Origin: a virus
Taxonomy: Duplodnaviria; Caudoviricetes
Length of the DNA stretch: 55,142 nt
IMG/VR virus record: IMGVR_UViG_3300020436_000015
Coordinates: 1-55,142 of that record
Strand: one strand, 5' to 3'
A program made the position numbers and the translations under genes. The notes under the pieces are model-generated. The model was not told where the DNA came from. It did not search any database and saw only the letters and a program-made list of their open reading frames with translations. Shown here in pieces: positions 53,801 through 55,142 of this stretch; the first letter of the stretch is position 1, and every line of letters starts with the position of its first letter.

Positions 53801-55091
53801 CTTCTGCCGCTTCTGGCACTCTCTTTCTGCCGACCCACATTGCGAACTGATTAGCAAAAAACTCTTGTGGCCCTATGATTGAGTTGCTTATTACGTCATC
53901 ACCAGTTAAATACAGGCTTTCTTTAATTTTCTTTATGTCCGGCTTTCCGTCTACATAATACTTTTTCATGTAGCCCCAGAACTCAGCCCTGTCTGCTGGG
54001 GTCAAGATATTGTGATACACCCAATGGCCCGTCTCGTGGAATACGGTCTCTACCTGCGGAACCGCATTGTTAGCCAATTTTGGATTAAGCTGTACCTCTC
54101 CAGTTTGGCCGTCATACCTGCCGAGAGACGTGTCGGCGTCCATGCGGTTGGGGTGCAAGTTTACGAAAATTGGCTTTTTACCACCCGCAAGCTGAGACAG
54201 CATGCTTTTTGCCATGGCAATCGTTTCTGATTCGTGAGAACCAAGCACGGCCTCTAGGCTGGCAACAGACTCTTCAAGGTTCGTGGTGTTTCTTTGTATT
54301 CCTTCGGGAGCACGGCGAGCGATTAACCTTTCTAAGTTGTTAATCGTGTTGACCGCCATCTCGAAGCGTGGGCCTGTCATCTGCAACCAGCGTAAATTAT
54401 TAAGCGACCCTAAAATCATGTCTGCGTCGTGCAGTGTTGCGCCTTGAATCAAAGTTTCGACATCAAAGCTCCCACCAAGGAGATCAGAGTCTAGGGCTAG
54501 CTCTACCGCGCTCCTGAGAGCGGCAACATCTTCGGCATCACTGGGCAGAGCGCCTTCTTCATTAAAGAGGCGGGTTTTCTGTGCCTCTTCTATGGTGATT
54601 GTCTCTGTTGCCGCTTGCCTTGATGGGTTAGCCCCCGTGCTCTGGCTTGGGACAGATGTCTCTTCTGGCAAGCTATCGAACAAAGCAACTAGGTTGTCTT
54701 GTCCTCTGGTGTATTGATCGCGTGGGGCGTACTTGATTATCCAGTTGTCTGGATTAGATCGCGGGCTATCGGCTTTCTGGCCAATGATGTCTTTCAGACT
54801 CTTGCCGTTTTCAGCTTGTCTGGGGGTCATCATCCTGACTTGGCCATCTTCTTTTGATTTGACGATGAGCAACTTATCGCCAGTGTCAGAAGATCGTGTT
54901 TCAGCGGCTACCTTTCCGCGCTTGAAGTTGTCTACAGCTTTTCTTGTTTCGGGGGAGACTTCAATTTGCTTGTCAGCAATCTCCATGATGATGCGCTCGA
55001 ACTCATCAAAGTCCCCGTTTATTCTGGCTTGTGTCGCCTCCGCTTGTAGCTTCAGAAGCTCTTGCTCCCGCTCAGCCTTGAATGCGGCCAC
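47853..55091 (-). CDS. C-terminal 2412 aa of the giant polyvalent ejection protein (zincin HExxH, degenerate zincin repeat, ART-like domain, internal-virion C-terminus)
   Basis: VFHETGH...QEFFA; PVVVFHAT..GAGNYF..A..Y, GYDS and LVIFD; NYLPQVWN and FQLKTFP. In frame with 1..2525 across the junction. Confidence 0.85.
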   Translation of the reverse strand: MAAFKAEREQELLKLQAEATQARINGDFDEFERIIMEIADKQIEVSPETRKAVDNFKRGKVAAETRSSDTGDKLLIVKSKEDGQVRMMTPRQAENGKSLKDIIGQKADSPRSNPDNWIIKYAPRDQYTRGQDNLVALFDSLPEETSVPSQSTGANPSRQAATETITIEEAQKTRLFNEEGALPSDAEDVAALRSAVELALDSDLLGGSFDVETLIQGATLHDADMILGSLNNLRWLQMTGPRFEMAVNTINNLERLIARRAPEGIQRNTTNLEESVASLEAVLGSHESETIAMAKSMLSQLAGGKKPIFVNLHPNRMDADTSLGRYDGQTGEVQLNPKLANNAVPQVETVFHETGHWVYHNILTPADRAEFWGYMKKYYVDGKPDIKKIKESLYLTGDDVISNSIIGPQEFFANQFAMWVGRKRVPEAAEESFWRRMASYIKNVFERYAFGAQIDPDLERLFAKALPDKVESARAKGMTGPPQTEAGKIWHGRVRQMRELMADMDDAITRDSADGIINAADQMQMFMLSIAQRYKNSKGPYRTGSLEPIKRNPALWTAIHNRVDNIDEIRGGKNYDYDSLGDDAARNELGYEDLVDMSIGDIQDQADKIKALYLDGYGDVFFPALAERASDGKIIEGGKTFDPAGGRTAIRSIFQRVEDSLAAAYYKVEDGSIMPGHTPKWKRGKPTDSGSKKKRERESSAVTAMAKNDAKQKKKPAAEKKKTKVDKQTADSSKSMKDDELRRKFLEHRGTDYGDQLADEIVRREKTGPILKKVPVAKKYKDMYEPELLDELMDALGRGDSKVADEISFEVRRRRANKALKKGADSKEDYKKVQITPVFYSKLEIVKEAADSTGVSSARGIPANSRASIKNLLSYITHREPEIEYGARTLAYRMLNLMGKTNRFLDGKLNVVDADTVARLSGMPSSESGATVFADYRSPEFKKFRTDMRQVAIGLNKGNVSPFEVVKSVAEAVMRSDVLSADEQFAIKNAYFALPDSEKDRLFASYAQKYGTRERPLEDLLASEYMSEQLTLYMAERVAKGDIYQAVATGDIGAIQFKGTIERALDRIVEYVAYLVNGLVGRDDIKQQFRRIFLYGNMLDGALSPKAYPPMQRAGAGIYNATSAQNFVRDTFRARSQTAQANIREYQGSFATQIPNKYLKNFREPVVVFHATPSGKRLNHLDNPDVQLQPSRQGNHGAGNYFSFSATAAHDVYALRPTRDGYRNMIQRLPGDEYPPELKDGLTETADYLSELQRGLAIDRNVYSNLLVDFEGAYREGQLDRYYGYAFSAGEGGGDMTGLMPSNPYRTYEQVLAARDDILEDFGQIIAYRADRVKELEENLAEFDIVVDPMVIPVYPAAQKVANFTPESMHRLGEDSGLFADMLVRLENSEEISDRQISNLLSKLSSKGDSFSAEQFYDEALSLFQGTHSMRADKFNIMLKEAGYDSLIYVHSNSVPHEGVNEFRSPSGQIIPVSARNVDHLALVIFDSPEAIFGQKTNTKFKHTNSTEFDIDESRLFGRGDAPLPRGVAGHIAGLASEGKIKDIGDVDVGSFAEAIEVAGSNEMAQVVQTLARKRNLNDEEIAELGSFSPVKFIGRSSERMNKMGLKWLGSWYRDVYPDISQRFAKKYFPLMHSLNRLPDAQGKGKRWARRVSMDAIGGQPKSHEKLVRALRYGENSRFFKTLSTQEKGIYGQIRRAFDAEREELIEAGVNVGRRKNYLPQVWNAESISRNRERFLDAMIHYYKVEHTARGELADEQAAREFAENMFGTLSDQSNQGTFIPGGGGSRNPTSDALDYSRMIELEKYPESISRMEEFLEGDLEFLLTKYFEGSSRRLAFMEKLGVNTHGYYDYMVVRNGGVQGIAELLSKNKEFTTARQGYNNQTGFVESIDFKETIGMPFANRPGDAAAFADNLLSTFLSKGSVPARKMLEDIAPPSYGQMPNPTYQRRVDAIIGALEDFRGNKVEFSHDDMTFLENAMNVAMKKPPIGTTNLGRQASQAVRTFNNVTLLGFTTLTSLSDFVLPLVRTGDMPAFLRALKNFATNDKDYRREIFNIGASVESIAHNRMIHMYGQVHNKASDAFFNATMLTPWTDTMRLLATGVGLEAFKTQQIKLRRHYDASLPVQRQGVRYRTAHRLMARYGLEDFLPGGSRFNENLGDVDLGEDRVLRVALNKFVNDTVFAPNADDIPMWAHTPSGQILFQLKTFPLMMGRLTLDVIKEGAQGNITPLLALSTAGVGMGAATLAAKDFAQFRGGDDEKSAALRERSLEKTLGITPNIHQDTDAALALYWEGLVQLGGLGLFADLAYQAAASADDGAYGEMAFASRLLGPTVGLGVDVYRMGRGFGDAIVKEPGEPTGDERQAARLLSMRVPVAGQVRAFREGAADLMGDATRGGGSQAFSSGAFSSDFGSDF

Positions 55092-55142
55092 CGCTCCATT
55101 ATCTACTTCTGTCTTTGGAGTCCTTTATTCTCTGACAGAGAC
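55051..55142. repeat. Terminal direct repeat, right copy
   Basis: Matches 1-92 with one mismatch at 55127. Confidence 0.95.

Noticed and set aside
1-55142. Stop-codon reassignment or DNA hypermodification system
   Set aside because: Genes are full-length and densely packed in the standard code with all three stops used. No base-modification cluster was recognised beyond a lone DUF6378-like gene.

Overview
The window is an apparently complete, circularly assembled genome of a tailed dsDNA phage with podovirus-like gene content, about 55,050 bp unique. Bases 1-92 recur at 55051-55142 with one mismatch. The minus strand from about 27.2 kb leftwards, continuing across the junction to 45.9 kb, is the late arm. 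It carries terS, terL, portal, tail fibres, an array of tiny basic proteins, scaffold, major capsid, adaptor, nozzle, three ejection-type proteins, an approximately 3240-aa polyvalent protein (zincin and ART-like domains) split by the contig ends, and a lysis cassette. The plus strand at 27.6-38.6 kb is an early arm with small hypotheticals, a CobS-like AAA+/CobT-like vWA pair, a pyrimidine-dimer glycosylase-like gene, a tyrosine integrase and a SutA-like protein. The 38.6-45.9 kb region holds a resolvase, thermonuclease, primase-helicase, Cro-like HTH, Sak4-like ATPase, SSB and Cas4-like nuclease. I recognised no DNA or RNA polymerase, CI-type repressor, canonical tRNA or CRISPR array. The most notable unexplained signals are: (1) a non-canonical late promoter GGACGAC-N18/19-TAnnnT in six co-oriented copies; (2) a three-copy palindromic operator TGTATAAC-N2-GTTATACA in front of cobS, int and the cro/recombination divergence; (3) a 73-nt tRNA-like structure in the integrase leader; (4) a cupredoxin-type motif fused to the putative adaptor; (5) a hairpin-rich putative origin. 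All family assignments come from motif recognition by eye, not from database searches.
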